Assembly: GCA_951406725.2 (NCBI GenBank)
Contig: OX597820.1
Location: 27,590,001-27,654,000 of the forward strand
Length of the DNA: 64,000 nucleotides
Direction: 5' to 3'
Origin: Octopus vulgaris
Taxonomy: Eukaryota
A program made the translations under genes and the position numbers. Under the pieces are notes generated by a model. The model made no database searches and was not told where the DNA came from. It saw only the letters and a list, made by a program, of their open reading frames with translations. This document shows positions 28,980 to 42,599 of the stretch, piece after piece. Position 1 is the first letter of the stretch. Each line of letters begins with the position of its first letter.

Positions 28980-30384
28980 ATACATACATACACACATATA
29001 TCTGTGTGTGTGTGTGTGTTTGGTTATCCATTTCATATCGCCTTGTTCGAGTTTTCCTATTTCTGTATTTCTTTATATTTTCTGTTCCTCTTTCTCAATA
29101 TATTTTTTACATCGATTTGTTGCCTCGTTATCTTCTCTATGTTATCTCCTCTTCAGATTAGAATCGTTGCGATGTATTAATCACTTCAAATCATTCACGT
29201 TATTTTATTTCTTGTTTCTCTCACTTTTGCCTATACCTTTGCTATTTTCTTTATCTTCACCCCCTCTCGCCCTCACCTTTCTTTATACTCTCTATCTTAT
29301 TGATTAGCTATTTTCTCATGTACGCTCTCTCTCCCTCACTTTCTCTTTCTGTGTTTCATTTATCAATCTATATATCTCATTCACATGCATTTATCAGTCT
29401 ATATCTCCTACGTTCAAAGAAGTTTCACTTTCATTATCAACCCATCCCGTTCTCCGTTTCTGTCTCTCGCCTTCTACAATCAAAACTGGTTGTTACTAGT
29501 AATATATTATGAGTGAAAATAATCTTTAGGATTTATATAGAGTCTGTCAACGTGTATCGGCTGGATAGATACTAAGTAAAGATAGCGTTGTATTTAACAT
29601 CAATTTTAATTGACATCTTATTTTCGAGTGAATCTACGTAATGCAAATGTAATCGATTATAAGTTAAGCTTTTGCGAGCTGAATCTTTGAATAAGCTTCG
29701 AGGCCTACTTATAGCTGTGTTATTTCCTTTTCCTCTTACGTTAATAGATTTATAAAAGTAATGAACGTCGCGGTTTTCATTATTATTCCAACGCTTGAAG
29801 TTAATATACGACTAATTACCCATCACGATTAACTTCTATAATTAAAAGTCGAACAAATAATTGTATTTATTGTCTTAAGATAAATAAAATATAATTTTTT
29901 TCCCCGATTAACCAGACATTTAGTGAATATTTGTAATCATTATAATTGTTTGACTGTTATAGAAAAACAGAGAAATCAATAACCTCCATGCCAAACTAAT
30001 GATATATTCTGATACGATTATCCGGACTATAGGTTTTAGATTTATACCTGTAACTATTGGGAAACTTAAATATGTAACTCGCAGGCTCAGAAGTACACCT
30101 AAGGTCCTGGGGTTGTACGAAGATATAAAAATACACTGAATTAATTACGTTAAGGCAGTGGTTCCCAAACGGTGCGGTGGAACAGAATAGCAGGTGAGGC
30201 TGAATGATTGAAAGACGACACAAAGATTTAGAAACGCCTTCAAAAGATTCATATGACAAAAATAAATATGATCTAAAAATTTAAAAGATTATTGGACTCT
30301 TTTTAGATATACAACCAGAAACAATATCCATATGTCTTTGTAAAAGCATTATCTATTCTGCTATAGTACTCCACGACATATTAC

Positions 30385-30568
30385 TCGTGTGTCCCCGTAA
30401 TTTAGTGGTTCGTCAAAAGAGACCCGATAGCATAAATAGCAGGCATTAAAATAAAACAAGAAAAAAGTAAATAAGTTCTGACGACGATTCGTTCAAATAA
30501 AACTCATCAAAGCGGTGCTCCAGCATGACCACGCTCAAATGACTGAAACAAGTAACAGGTAAAAGACG
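30385..30568 (+). mobile_element. 3' half of SINE family A, old
   Basis: gtccccgtaatttagtggttcgtcaaaagagac..gcggtgctccagcatg..aaatgactgaaacaagtaa. Confidence 0.7.
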
Positions 30569-30859
30569 ATTCCATATATGTCGCAATAAGCTATACAGAA
30601 ATTAAGTTAATTATTGAATGGAGGATGTATTACAAAGCATCAGCTTTCAGAACTCCTGGTCGTTTGAAGTGCAACTCTTTTTAAATATTCAACTATACAA
30701 ATGTAGACCATTAAGTGAATAGTAACGTATATAAATCGCCACAGAATGTAAGCTTATTGCATGAATGTATACATGCCAAGAGACAAGCAAACATATCTTT
30801 ATTTACATATATTTTTAGTCACATCATACAAATACATATATGAAATGAATTTCTATATA

Positions 30860-30922
<63 letters not shown>

Positions 30923-31201
30923 AACAATTGAGGGTAAAATTAATTAATTATTAATCAATTTCACCAAGTATTCAGTATGTAAAGGGACCATTTAAGGCGA
31001 ATTCCAAATATTACATTTTATAAAGGGCTTAGTAAAATAAATTACTTTGCCACATACTGAACTCATTAGAAATAGCAGCCCAAAAAATTTTTTTAGCCAT
31101 TTCTAATACTTAAAGAAAATTTCTCTCAGATAGTGTTTACTCAAAATAGCCCACGAAGGTATGGGGGTAAAAACATTAAAAAATCACAAGTGCAAAGATT
31201 A

Positions 31202-31263
31202 TTTGAGAACGTACGTTTCTAGATCAGCCAAATACAATTCGACATTTCTTTCGTCAGCTCAAA
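31202..31263 (-). ncRNA. Minimal type I hammerhead ribozyme motif (inverted copy)
   Basis: Reverse complement of 31775-31836. Confidence 0.72.
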
Positions 31264-31774
31264 ATTCCTTAATTCGGATTTGTAAACACTGAAAGTAGGA
31301 GCATACCCTTTTGGCGACTTTTCACCTCCGAAGATCCGCTCAGACTAACAGTGCCAACAAATTCAAAATATGCAAGCGAAGAATTTCTGCTCTCCCCTCT
31401 CCACCCACGTGGGCTAACCTAGCAAACACCATAATTTTATCGGTGAAAACCGATAAAATGTAATATTTTGAATTCGCCTTAAATGGTCCCTTTACATACT
31501 GAATACTTGGTGAAATTGATTAATAATTAATTAATTTTACCCTCAATTGTTGAAATTATAATTCATTTCTCTCTGTTTAATGCTTCGGTTTTCACCGATA
31601 AAATTATGGTGTTTGCTAGGTTAGCCCACGTGGGTGGAGAGGGGAGAGCAGAAATTCTTCGCTTGCATATTTTGAATTTGTTGGCACTGTTAGTCTGAGC
31701 GGATCTTCGGAGGTGAAAAGTCGCCAAAAGGGTATGCTCCTACTTTCAGTGTTTACAAATCCGAATTAAGGAAT

Positions 31775-31836
31775 TTTGAGCTGACGAAAGAAATGTCGAA
31801 TTGTATTTGGCTGATCTAGAAACGTACGTTCTCAAA
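31775..31836 (+). ncRNA. Minimal type I hammerhead ribozyme motif
   Basis: tttgag-CTGACGA-a aga..gtcgaat tgt atttggc..tct a-GAAA-c gtac g-TT-ctcaaa; 6-bp stem I; palindrome aacgtacgtt. Confidence 0.75.
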
Positions 31837-32025
31837 TAATCTTTGCACTTGTGATTTTTTAATGTTTTTACCCCCATACCTTCGTGGGCTATTTTGAGTA
31901 AACACTATCTGAGAGAAATTTTCTTTAAGTATTAGAAATGGCTAAAACATTTTTTTTTGGCTGCTATTTCTAATGAGTTCAGTATGTGGCAAAGTAATTT
32001 ATTTTACTAAACCCTTTATAAAATG

Positions 32026-32060
<35 letters not shown>

Positions 32061-32619
32061 AACACATATATATGTATGTATGTTTGTATATTGCACAGAC
32101 AGACTCGCTACACACATAAATACACACGCACACGCATAAATTCCAACACCTGTGTTCCTATATCCGAGCGAGCGCACATACGCACGCACATTTAACGGAA
32201 GAGAGAGCTGGCGATTCAGTGAGACGATGAACGATTGTAAAGTGGAAGAGCTGCTGAATGCCGTTGAAAGAGATAGTAAATGTAAATGACTGTTTGGTTA
32301 ATAGCTACCGGTGATCGTTAATCGATACATACAAAGATCAGCAGAAAAAAAGGAACAATATATGAATTATTGATAGACTGGATACAATTAATAAGTAACA
32401 TGTTGAATAATATAATGGATAGTGGAGTTGTTCTTTTTGTTGAAATTGAATGGAAATTCACTGCTTTGGATATAACAGTGATGGTTGGGAATATTTTTCA
32501 GTATATACGGTTAAGTGTACAAAGAGAAAGAGAAAGAGAGAGGAAGACAAGGAGAGAGAAAAAATAGAGGAAAAGGGGGAGAAAATGTGTGAGAAAAATT
32601 GTGAGTGAGAGAGAATGGG

Positions 32620-32978
32620 GTGGAAGCACTCCGTCGGTTACGACGATGAGGGTTCCGGTTGATCCGAATCAACGGAACAGCCTGCTCGTGAAATTAACGT
32701 GCACCCTTAACGAAGTTCTCGGGGATATTCACCGTGACACAGAGAGTGACAAGGCCGGCCCCTTGAAATACAGGTACAACAGAAACAGGAAGTAAGAGTG
32801 AGAGAAATTTGTGGTGAAAGAGTACAGCAGGGATCACCACCATCCCCTGCCGGAGCCTCGTGGAGCTTTTTAGGTGTTTTCGCTCAATAAACACTCACAA
32901 CGCCCGGTCTGGGAATCGAAACCGCGATCCTATGACCGCGAGTCCGCTGCCCTAACCACTGGGCCATTGCGCCTTCAC
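32620..32978 (-). mobile_element. SINE head D with tail 2
   Basis: tRNA-like head at 32900-32978; colinear with 35828-36170. Confidence 0.88.
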
Positions 32979-33009
32979 AGAGAGAGAATATATATCTTAT
33001 ATTTAATAA

Positions 33010-33935
33010 TTATTTCTATTATAGGCACAAGGCTGAAATTTTGTGCGAGTCAATAAGTCGATTACGTCAACTCCAATGCTCAACAAGTAGTTGCTTTACC
33101 AAAATAGGAAGAATAAAAGACAAAAGCAGAGTAAATATCTCTTTCTACTCTAGGCACAGGGTCCGAAATTTTTTTGAGGAGCGGTGCAGTCGATTAGATT
33201 GACTCCAATACGCAACTGGTACTTAATTTATCGCCCCCGAAAGGATGAAAGGCAAAGTTGACCTCGGCGGAATTTGAACTCCGAACGTAAAGACAGACGA
33301 AATACCTATTTCTTTATTACCCGCAAGGGGCTAAACATACAGGGGACAAACAAGGACAGACATAGGTATTAAGTCGATTACATCGACCCCAGTGCGTAAC
33401 TGGTACTTAATTTATCGACTCCGAAAGGATGAAAGGCAAAGTCGACCTCGACGGAATTTGAACTCATAACATAACGGCAGCCGAAATACCGCTAAGCGTT
33501 TCGCCCGACGTGCTAACGTTACTTATTTCTTTATTGCCCACGAGGGGCTAAACATAGAGGGGACAAACAAGGACAGACAAAGGGATTAAATAGATTACAT
33601 CGACCCCAGTGCGTAACTGGTACTTAATTTATCGGCCCCGAAAGGATGAAAGGCAAAGTCGACCTCGGCGGAATTTGAACTCAGAACGTAGCGATAGACG
33701 AAATACCTATTTCTTTACTGCCCACAAGAGGCTACACACAGAGGGGACAAAGAAGAACAGACAAACGGATTAAGTCAATTATATCGACCCCAGTGCGTAA
33801 GTGCTACTTATTTAATCGACCCCGAAAGGATAAAAGGCAAAGACGACCTCGGCGAAATTAGAGCTCAAAACGTAGCGACAGACGAAATACCGCGAAGCGT
33901 TTTGTTCGGTTTGCTAAAGTTCCTGTTTGCTCGAC
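33010..33935 (-). mobile_element. Tandem array of SINE family C units
   Basis: Four 180-230 bp units containing atcgaccccagtgcgtaactggtactt..aaggatgaaaggcaaagtcgacctcggcggaatttgaactc, plus a degenerate flank. Confidence 0.88.
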
Positions 33936-35705
33936 ATTTTGTATCTTACATGTGCAAATAGCTCATAGCTTTGGCCCCCAATCCTAACCTAGGACATTAT
34001 TTTTACCCGTTCCTGAGGGATGGAGCGGAAATTTGGTTTAACTTCAGTGGGATATAAGTCTAGTAAATATCGTGCTGGAATATATTCCGCAATGCATTTT
34101 GACCGACGCTCCAACGATTCTGCCAATATGTCAATAAAACGGGCGTTAACACACTCGACATAATGAAGCAAAAAATTTTAATTAATTATTATTCGTTATC
34201 TGTATGAATAATTCTGTTCAAAAATACGATCTAAGTCACTGATTCTTGTTTTAATAATAAAACCGGAGTTGTTTTGTTGGTGTGTCTCTTTTGTTTTCGT
34301 GCTTTACCAGATTTATTCATTACAATGTAAATTACTTTTTCTCATCACTAATTACAATTCTTTGCTTCACTGCTTCAAGTATGTTAGCATTCGTTTTACT
34401 GTTAATTTTTTATGCACCAGGCGCCTTTTGTATCATTACTTTTAACCCCTGCTCGAATCGTTAATCACTTTATATTTTTATGTTTACGTGACGAGAGAAC
34501 AGTAATGATTCAGGTTGAAAGAAAGATGGAAGTGTGAAATGCGTTGTTTTGTGCATTCAGAAGTCAAGCGTGTATCGGTTTCTAAAATTTGCCATTGTTT
34601 TGCCAATTGTCTACGTAATCGCATACAGACGTAAAGAGAGCCTTTCGGCGCCATTTCCCTTGAGTGGTAAATATCTAGGAAGTGACAGTTGACGAGAAAG
34701 TGAGAAAGGAAGAGAAAGGTAGAAAAGGGATAGATAGTTAGATCGATAGAAAGAGAGAGTGAAAGAGAGAAATGGCTGCATAAACACAAGGCTGATAATT
34801 ATAAGAAACGGATAGTCGAGAGCAACGTGAAACCAAAAGCCTTGTTTAGGGACAAAAGATACCGTATAGTGCAAGACTGATACATTCACGAGAATATATA
34901 TATAAATAATACTCTTCGTCATACTATCGACTGTTTCAACTCAGACAGATGTAAATCTGTGGAGACGCAGATACACTAATAGACAAAAATACAATGTTAT
35001 CCCTACTGGATATTATTATCACATATAGAAATGTTATATTTTTAAATTAGTTGTGATGACTTCTCTGTTGATAACGTTAAAATGATTTAGCAGAAATTAA
35101 GTGATTAAAAAGAAAAATAGATACATCTGGCTGGTTATATAGACTAATTGCCATAAATCTGTCAACACGCATTAGTAATTCTGCCCCCTCATATCGAGAG
35201 CCAGACGCACATGTGTGTACATATATACTCATACAAGCATACACTCACATAGGTATACACACCCGTATATACATACATATTTATGCACTTTCCCCACATT
35301 CACACACACACACACACACACACGTATATATATAGCAACACATACAAATATATATATATATACGTACATGTATACATGCATGTGTCTGCGTGCGAGTGTG
35401 TATGCGTATAAACACTCACACATACATTTGTATAGATATAAATATTATAGTTGTTTATATATACATATATATATATATAATATATATACCAGTACGTTAG
35501 TTGCTACAAGAATAGCTTGGTCAGCTGGTCTATGCTTCTAGGAAATTGACCGACCAAATGAAAGAGCAATTAAATATGCCAGCAATGCACAGTGGTTGTA
35601 TTTTGCTAAGTTATTCGAAGCACGTGTAAGCTAAATACAGTGTTGATAATATTTCTTCATTATTTATGATTTTACTATATAGATACGTACATACATACAT
35701 ATGTG

Positions 35706-35818
<113 letters not shown>

Positions 35819-35827
35819 ATCTATATA

Positions 35828-36170
35828 GTGGCTCTCCGTCAGTTACGTCAACGAGGGTTCCAGCTGATCTGTTCAACGGAACAGCCTGCTCGTGAAATTA
35901 ACTCCACAAACACGTGTACCCTTAACGTAGTTCTCGGGTAGATTCAGCGTGACATAGAGTGTGACTAGCCTGGCCCTTTGAAATACAAGTACAACAGAAA
36001 CAGGAAGAAATAGTGAGAGAATGAGTATAGCAGGTTTCACCACCATCCCCTGCCGGAACCTCGTGGAGTTTTTAAGTATTTTCGCTCAATAAACACTCAC
36101 AAACCCGTGCTGGGAATCGAAACCGTTATCCTACGACCGCTACCCTAACAACTGGGCTATTACCCCTCCG
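35828..36170 (-). mobile_element. SINE head D with tail 2
   Basis: Colinear with 32620-32978. Confidence 0.85.
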
Positions 36171-36269
36171 CATATCTACCTATCTATCTATCTATTGATC
36201 GTTTTTTCTTTTTCTTTTTTCTTTTCTTTTGTTTCTTTTCAATTTCTTTTATAATTTAATATAATTTAA

Positions 36270-36304
<35 letters not shown>

Positions 36305-36711
36305 GATAATGATATCCATGTAATCAAAAGAATGAGGTGTAAATACAGCTGTGTACAGTGGACAGCTAAATTTCAGAGGAGAAGGAAGAATGTTGAAGGT
36401 AGCCCAAGGCCTGCACTTGCTACTACTGAGGAAAACATTGATCCTGTTCACATAGTGGTGATGAATGACAAGCAATTGACTAGAAATCAAACAACCAATG
36501 CTATTAACATATTCCGTGAGTGAGTTCAGAATATTCTGAATGTATCTAATCCAGGATGAGCGTTGCATTCATCACCTTAACCCCGAGGGTAAGAGTCAAT
36601 TCATGCCATAGAAACATTACGCTTCACCGGCCCCAAAGAAGGCCGATGCCGTTTCATATACAGGGAAGGAGATGGCCTACATTTTTGGGGATACAAAAGG
36701 CATTGTTTTTA

Positions 36712-36993
36712 CGGAGATGTACTCGCATAGCAAGTAATTTGATCTGAGATCGTGTGCTGAAACGAAAACAATTGCAGCGTGGAAGGTGTTTATAAGCCAT
36801 TTAAGAAACACACAAAAGCCGTTCGATTCACTTCAACATTTAAGGTTTAATTTGTCAAAATATTTTCGTCGCAAAATATTTAGATGCAGCACGGACTTTG
36901 TCAGTGAACAGGTCGCGGATTTTAGCGACGAAAATATTTTGACAAATTAAACTTAAATGTTGAAGTGAATCGAACGGCTTTTGAGTGTTTCTT
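36712..36993 (+). mobile_element. 282-bp insertion with inverted arms and a 17-bp TSD
   Basis: TSD aaaaggcattgt(t/g)ttta at 36695-36711 and 36994-37010; arms at 36801-36872 and 36925-36995. Confidence 0.85.
36897..36946 (+). ncRNA. Minimal type I hammerhead motif with a G3-C8 core variant
   Basis: tttgtca-GTGAACA-g-gtcgc ggatttta gcgac-GAAA-atat-TT-tgacaaa; perfect 7-bp stem I and 5-bp stem II. Confidence 0.65.
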
Positions 36994-37904
36994 AAAAGGC
37001 ATTGTGTTTATTGACTATCTTCAAAAGGGAGAGTACTATGCCAACTTGCTGAGGCAGTTAAGAAAGGTTAGAAAAACAAACTCTTAAGAAAACTGATGAA
37101 AAGGGTTCTGTTTCATCAGGAAAATACTCCAACACACAAGTCACTGGTTTCAAAGGCTGCTGTACGGGACTGCGGCTTTGAACTGGTTGATCACCCTCCT
37201 TATTCTCTTGATTTGGCCCTATCTGATTATCATCTGTTCCTCACCATGAAAAAACCCTTGGCTCAGAACCAATATTGCAGTGATGACGACGTCAAATCGC
37301 TGTAGAGGACTTTTTCTGACTAACAGAATTAAGCTTCTTCACTAATATAATCCAAGCTCTGCAACACCGATGGAAGAGGTCTGTGGAGTGCAAGGGACTA
37401 TGTTGAAAAATGAGCATTATTTGGTCACATTCATGAGAATATCTTGGTCATCCTATGAAAATTTCGTACTATTGATAGCTATGTATAATTTCAAGATGAA
37501 AATAATCCCATGTTACGTACAGAAGTAAGGATGTTTCAAATTAATTCATGGAATGTAATTAAATTGCATTCATTTACATAATTATTTAAATCAATAATTT
37601 ATATGTAAATTATAAATAGTTTGTAACTAGTGCTTTGAGGCATTGAGGCTCTTAATGTTTCTCAAAATATATCTCGAGGAATATCAAAATTCTATGAAAA
37701 CGTTTCGAGATTCTTCGAGTGGTGGTGTCTATTAGTAGAATTTAATGAAAAATATAAAGATGTGTTTGCCACCATTTTGAAACAATAATTTCCAAGCATT
37801 TAAAAGTTCATTTTGAGTTACTAATAGGGAAATAATACAGGATGTTTGTTTCAAGTCAAATCCGATTATCATATGTATTTAAATTACTAAATCCGTATGA
37901 TAAT

Positions 37905-38201
<297 letters not shown>

Positions 38202-38490
38202 TGAAGTCGTGTGGCTTGGTGGTTTAGGTGTTCGGTTCACTATCACAAGGTCATGAGTTCAATACCTGGCAGCGGATTGAGACCTTGAGTAAAAACACTT
38301 TAGTTCATTTTCCGTCATTCTACTCAATTGACTAGGATGAGTTGTACATGTATTTCAAATGGCTACCTTTGTCACGTTCTGTGTCAAGTTCAGTCTTCCT
38401 GAGAACTACGATAAGGGTACCCTTGTTTGGAGTGCTCAGCCTCATGCCCGTTAATCTCACGAGCAGGCTGTTCCGTTGTTGGTTATGTGC
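38202..38490 (+). mobile_element. Old SINE: B-type head with tail 2
   Basis: gtggcttggtggtt..gagttcaatacc head; the tail cacgagcaggctgttccgttg is shared with the 32620 family. Confidence 0.7.
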
Positions 38491-38967
38491 GGCAGAACCA
38501 GTAGTGGCTTAACATAACAATCTGGCTATCATACTGAAAGTATTTACCTCACTGTTAACCAATATTCACCCTGAGATATCATCTCTTATAGGCGTACAAT
38601 ATTAAAAACCACAAAACTCTATCAGTAGCAGGGGAAAATCTCAGCTTCAATCTATCAGTGACGGTAGATTTCGACTAAGTGTGCGGTGTGTATGCTGGAC
38701 CGCTCACTACTTGTCCCTCTTTGCGAAGTTACTCATATTTCATCTCACTTCTTGGACCAATCGGTTCTTAATGACGATCATCATTGGGTATCCTGAGCGT
38801 GGCCATGTGTATTTTAATACACAAGTCTGCTTGAGCAATGTTTCTAATTCAAAATATCACTGCTAGTACCGTTATATGGCTGTCGTTGGCTCCTCCAAGT
38901 TTTCGATTATTGCGTTCTTCATTTGCAGTTCTATGAGGGCATATGGGTGAAGCAATGTCGATAGCAA

Positions 38968-39305
38968 TGAGGACATATGGCTCAGTGTTTAGAGCGTCGA
39001 ATTCATAATCTTGAGGTACTGAGTTCGATTTCCCGACCGGGCTGTGTGTCGTGTCTTTGAGCAAGGCACTTTATCTCACGTTGCTCCAGTTTACTCACCT
39101 GAAGAAAAGTGACGCGACGTCACTGGTGTCAAGCTGTACCGACCTGTACTTGTCCCTTAGATAGTAGGGGTGACGTGGAGAAGGAAGGCTGGTATGCATG
39201 AGCGATTGCGGGTCTTCCATAAAGCAGCCTTACCCAGACTTGTGCCTCAGAAGGTAACTTTCTAAGTACATGCCCATGGGCATTCCTGACAGAAGGGACT
39301 CCTTC
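38968..39305 (+). mobile_element. SINE: B-type head with tail 4
   Basis: tggctcagtgtttagagcgtcg..gagttcgatttcc..gtgtctttgagcaaggcactt. Confidence 0.75.
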
Positions 39306-39957
39306 TAATGCCGATGGCCTAGTTTCATTAGGTCGTACTCCTACTTAAAAGGAAGTGTGTCGAGCACTGTAGTCTCGAAGACATTCTCCGACGTACATCT
39401 AAAATGTGGCATATAGGATCAAACGACGAAACGGCAGAGGACTGCTGTTATCCCAAACGCTAATTGAAACACGACATCTTAGTGACTTCCTCTCGCATTG
39501 TCCTCCTCGGCCCGTTCAACCGCTGAAATCATCTGTTATTTTCTGTCGTTGATAGATTTGGCCACTTTTCTTTATTCTGAGTATGTCTTCCCAGAACAAC
39601 CAGTTGAGTAGGACACAGGCTCTTTTGTGAAGATCTTAGCTAAAACGATCTTGCCTCTAAGTCACAGTGCATGCTTTTCTTCTCTAAACATGATTAATTA
39701 CCAATGAATTTGAGGAACAATGTAAGAAGAAACTCTGTAGTCACTCAGGGCTGGCTACTACGTCTACAGAACATTTGAGTCAAACATGTATGCATTTACA
39801 TTATAAATGCTATTGTGTCGTGTATTGAGCTTCTAATAAATATATAACAAATGTACAACATTTGTTGTATATTGATTCAATACACGACGACTTCGATATT
39901 TCAATGCCTATGTCTGGACATTCAACTATATGTATGATGTATGTGTACACGTACAAA

Positions 39958-40259
39958 GCGGAGGCACATGGCCTAGTGGTTACAGCAGCAGACTCGCGGT
40001 CGAGAGATCGCATGTTCAAATCTCAGACCGGATGATGTGTGTGTGTGTGTTTATGAACGAAACACCTAAGCTCCACGCGGCTCCGGCAGAAGATAATGGC
40101 GAACGTCTGCTGACTCTTTTGCCACAACTTTCTCTCACTCTTTCCTACTACATCTTGCAGGTCACCTGCGACAGATCGGCGTCCCGTCCAGGTGGGGAAC
40201 TTATACGCCAAGGAAACCGGCCCTTATGAGCCAGGTATGGCTCGAGAAGGAACAAACAA
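39958..40259 (+). mobile_element. SINE head D with tail 1
   Basis: Colinear with 108-410. Confidence 0.85.
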
Positions 40260-41779
40260 CACGCACAAAGTATACAGATCTGTCCTTGCATAGGCACAAC
40301 TACACTTCATGTTGTTGAAATTCTAATGAAGGTACCTTGGTTCTATTTGAAAAATCGGCTGCTTCTCCATTGGCAAGAAATCAAGAAATAAAACTTAATA
40401 ACGTACATATATAGATGTGTATGAATGCGTTTGGGGCGTTTGTGTTTGTGTGCGTGTGTGAGTGTGTGTGTGTGGGGGGGCGTGTGTATGCGTGTGTGCT
40501 TGCTTGTATAAACTAGTAGGGGAGATAACCTACGAGTGGTTGGTGTTACAGTGTATTTAAATCTGAAATATAAAATACACTTTGAAATGTCTAAAGAGCA
40601 AGAAACTGAAATATAATTTGCACATTACATTATGAATAACACTTAAAAGTATAAAACAATGTTAGTTAATAATTGTCGAAACATAAATCTGTTATAAAAT
40701 TACGAAAATTTTAAGATATAATACAGACACTAATAATAATACCCACCCTGACAAACAACGTGGTGTAATTAAGTCTAACATTATTGATATTTATGCATAA
40801 TTATAAAATAACGAAATCCCAGATCGCAGTTGTAAACAATGATCTATTAATTTAATTAAATATAATAAAATTACATCTAATTACATAATTATTTAAGCTA
40901 ATTATTTAAACACAAATTATAAATAATTTTCGAGAAATGAAAATAATTCTGCGAATTTGAAAGATTCTTTTTTACATTGTGAAGCTCCGAGCGAGCTTTT
41001 CGCAAATGTGTTCCATTGAATTCAAAGATTACTTGGAAATCTTCAGGTGTCCCTCGAGCTAGGGTTTCTTTCAATAGGATTTAATACTAAGGATTGTTAA
41101 TCCCCGTTTTCTAAACAATAAGTTATTGTATGTATTTTATTAATTAAACTAGAATATTACTTGTCATATGGCCTGTATCTTTGTACGTTACTCTTGCCAT
41201 TAAGAAAAATTTGATAAAATTTATATGATACTTTTATACACCACATATTTCCTAATATTATCCATAATGCCAAACGTGTATTGATAATATTATTGTAATT
41301 GAGGTGCTATAATCTTCGGAAATAGTTTGAAATATTCATACTAAGCTAATATCTTAGTGTTACACTTATACATTTGTTTAGCAAGATTCTTGATGTGAAA
41401 TCGGGTGTTGAAACACCTTATTGTATTTCGAGAAGGACATTTTTTTGCCAAATATACACACACATATTATATATTCGTTTTTCACTCGTTTATTATTGTT
41501 CTTATCTTATCTTCTATCCACTGTCTGGAAATCTTACGTCGCACATCTATGACCTCTTCAGCGACTCTTCTATTCTACGTGTCTCCTCCTGTTGTCTTTA
41601 GTCCATTCTGTCTTTCTATGGCGTGTATCCTTAACTCTAATATCCTAGTGATTAATGCAAAGAAAAAATAAATCTTACTCTAATAAAGAACAGCTTTCTT
41701 GAAAAACATCGGAGAAAAATATTCATTACAGTAAATATTAACTATTGCGATGCATTTTTCAGCAATATCCAGCTATTTT

Positions 41780-42100
41780 GTGATGTCCTCCTCCTCATAA
41801 TCTTATTTCTCCTTTACGTCTTCATCGAGCATCTCCTCTTTTCCCTCTGCCTTCTCTTTTTCCACCAACAGCCTTTCATTCTTCTCTTTCTTCTCCCCAC
41901 ATCCTCCTCATCCTTCTCATTTTCCTCACCCCTCCTCTTTCCACTAATACATTCTCCTCCTTCACTTTTTCACCAATTCTTCCCCCTCCTCCCCCTCATC
42001 ATCTTCCCCTCCTCTTTCCCACCAATACCTTCTCTTCCACATCTTCATCCCTCCAACTCATCCCCTCCTCCTTCTTCACACCGCTTACTTTTCTTACCCA
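41780..42100. repeat. Pyrimidine-rich low-complexity tract
   Basis: C/T-dominated (cct/ctt) sequence. Confidence 0.7.
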
Positions 42101-42132
42101 TATTGCTATTACTATTATTATTGTTATTATTA

Positions 42133-42531
42133 TAGCCTTTGCACAGCTTCTAACACTGGAAATGTACTACAGTGTCAGCTGTTCATTACCAGTGAACTAA
42201 GGTAACACCTCTTATTTTTCGAGCACCGTCTGGAGTATTCGAGCGGATCCAAGCAGTGCTGTTTTCTGCAAGTGCTCCACCCTTATTGTAGCCCATATTT
42301 GTTCCACGTACTTCTCGAGATTTTTGCTCATTGTTCCTAGGGCTACGACAATTATTGGTACTACTGCTACTTTTTTCATCGACCACAACTGCTTAACTTC
42401 CCAAGCCAACTTGTCATACCTCTCGACATTTCTTTCTTCCTTATCGCATATCTTGTTGTCAGCTGGGCATGCTATGTCTATGATCTAGCATAGTTTGTTT
42501 TCTTTATCACTTAAGACTATGTCCGGCTTCC

Positions 42532-42533
<2 letters not shown>
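42133..42533 (-). mobile_element. 3' fragment of an R4-type non-LTR element (RLE domain plus 3' UTR)
   Basis: KPDIVL..IIDIACPAD..VVPIIVVALG..LQKTALLGSARIL; ends in a TAA array. Confidence 0.8.

Positions 42534-42596
<63 letters not shown>

Positions 42597-42599
<3 letters not shown>

Larger units (their letters stand above)
30919..32026. mobile_element. Young non-coding element with interleaved inverted repeats A-B-A'-s-B'
   Basis: 30919-31020 is the reverse complement of 31454-31555; 31012-31453 is the reverse complement of 31585-32026; flanked by (TA)n. Confidence 0.9.
36310..37466 (+). mobile_element. Mariner transposase pseudogene interrupted by an insertion
   Basis: PRPALATTEENID; AGKEMA..DTKGIVF/IDYLQKG; FHQENTPTHKS..DHPPYSLDLALSDYHLF. 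Confidence 0.85.

Noticed and set aside
33141-33935. CRISPR-like periodic repeats
   Set aside because: The units are about 180-bp SINE copies without unique spacers, in eukaryotic DNA with no cas genes.
34481-34975. Possible solo LTR
   Set aside because: There is no TSD, second copy or primer-binding site in the window.
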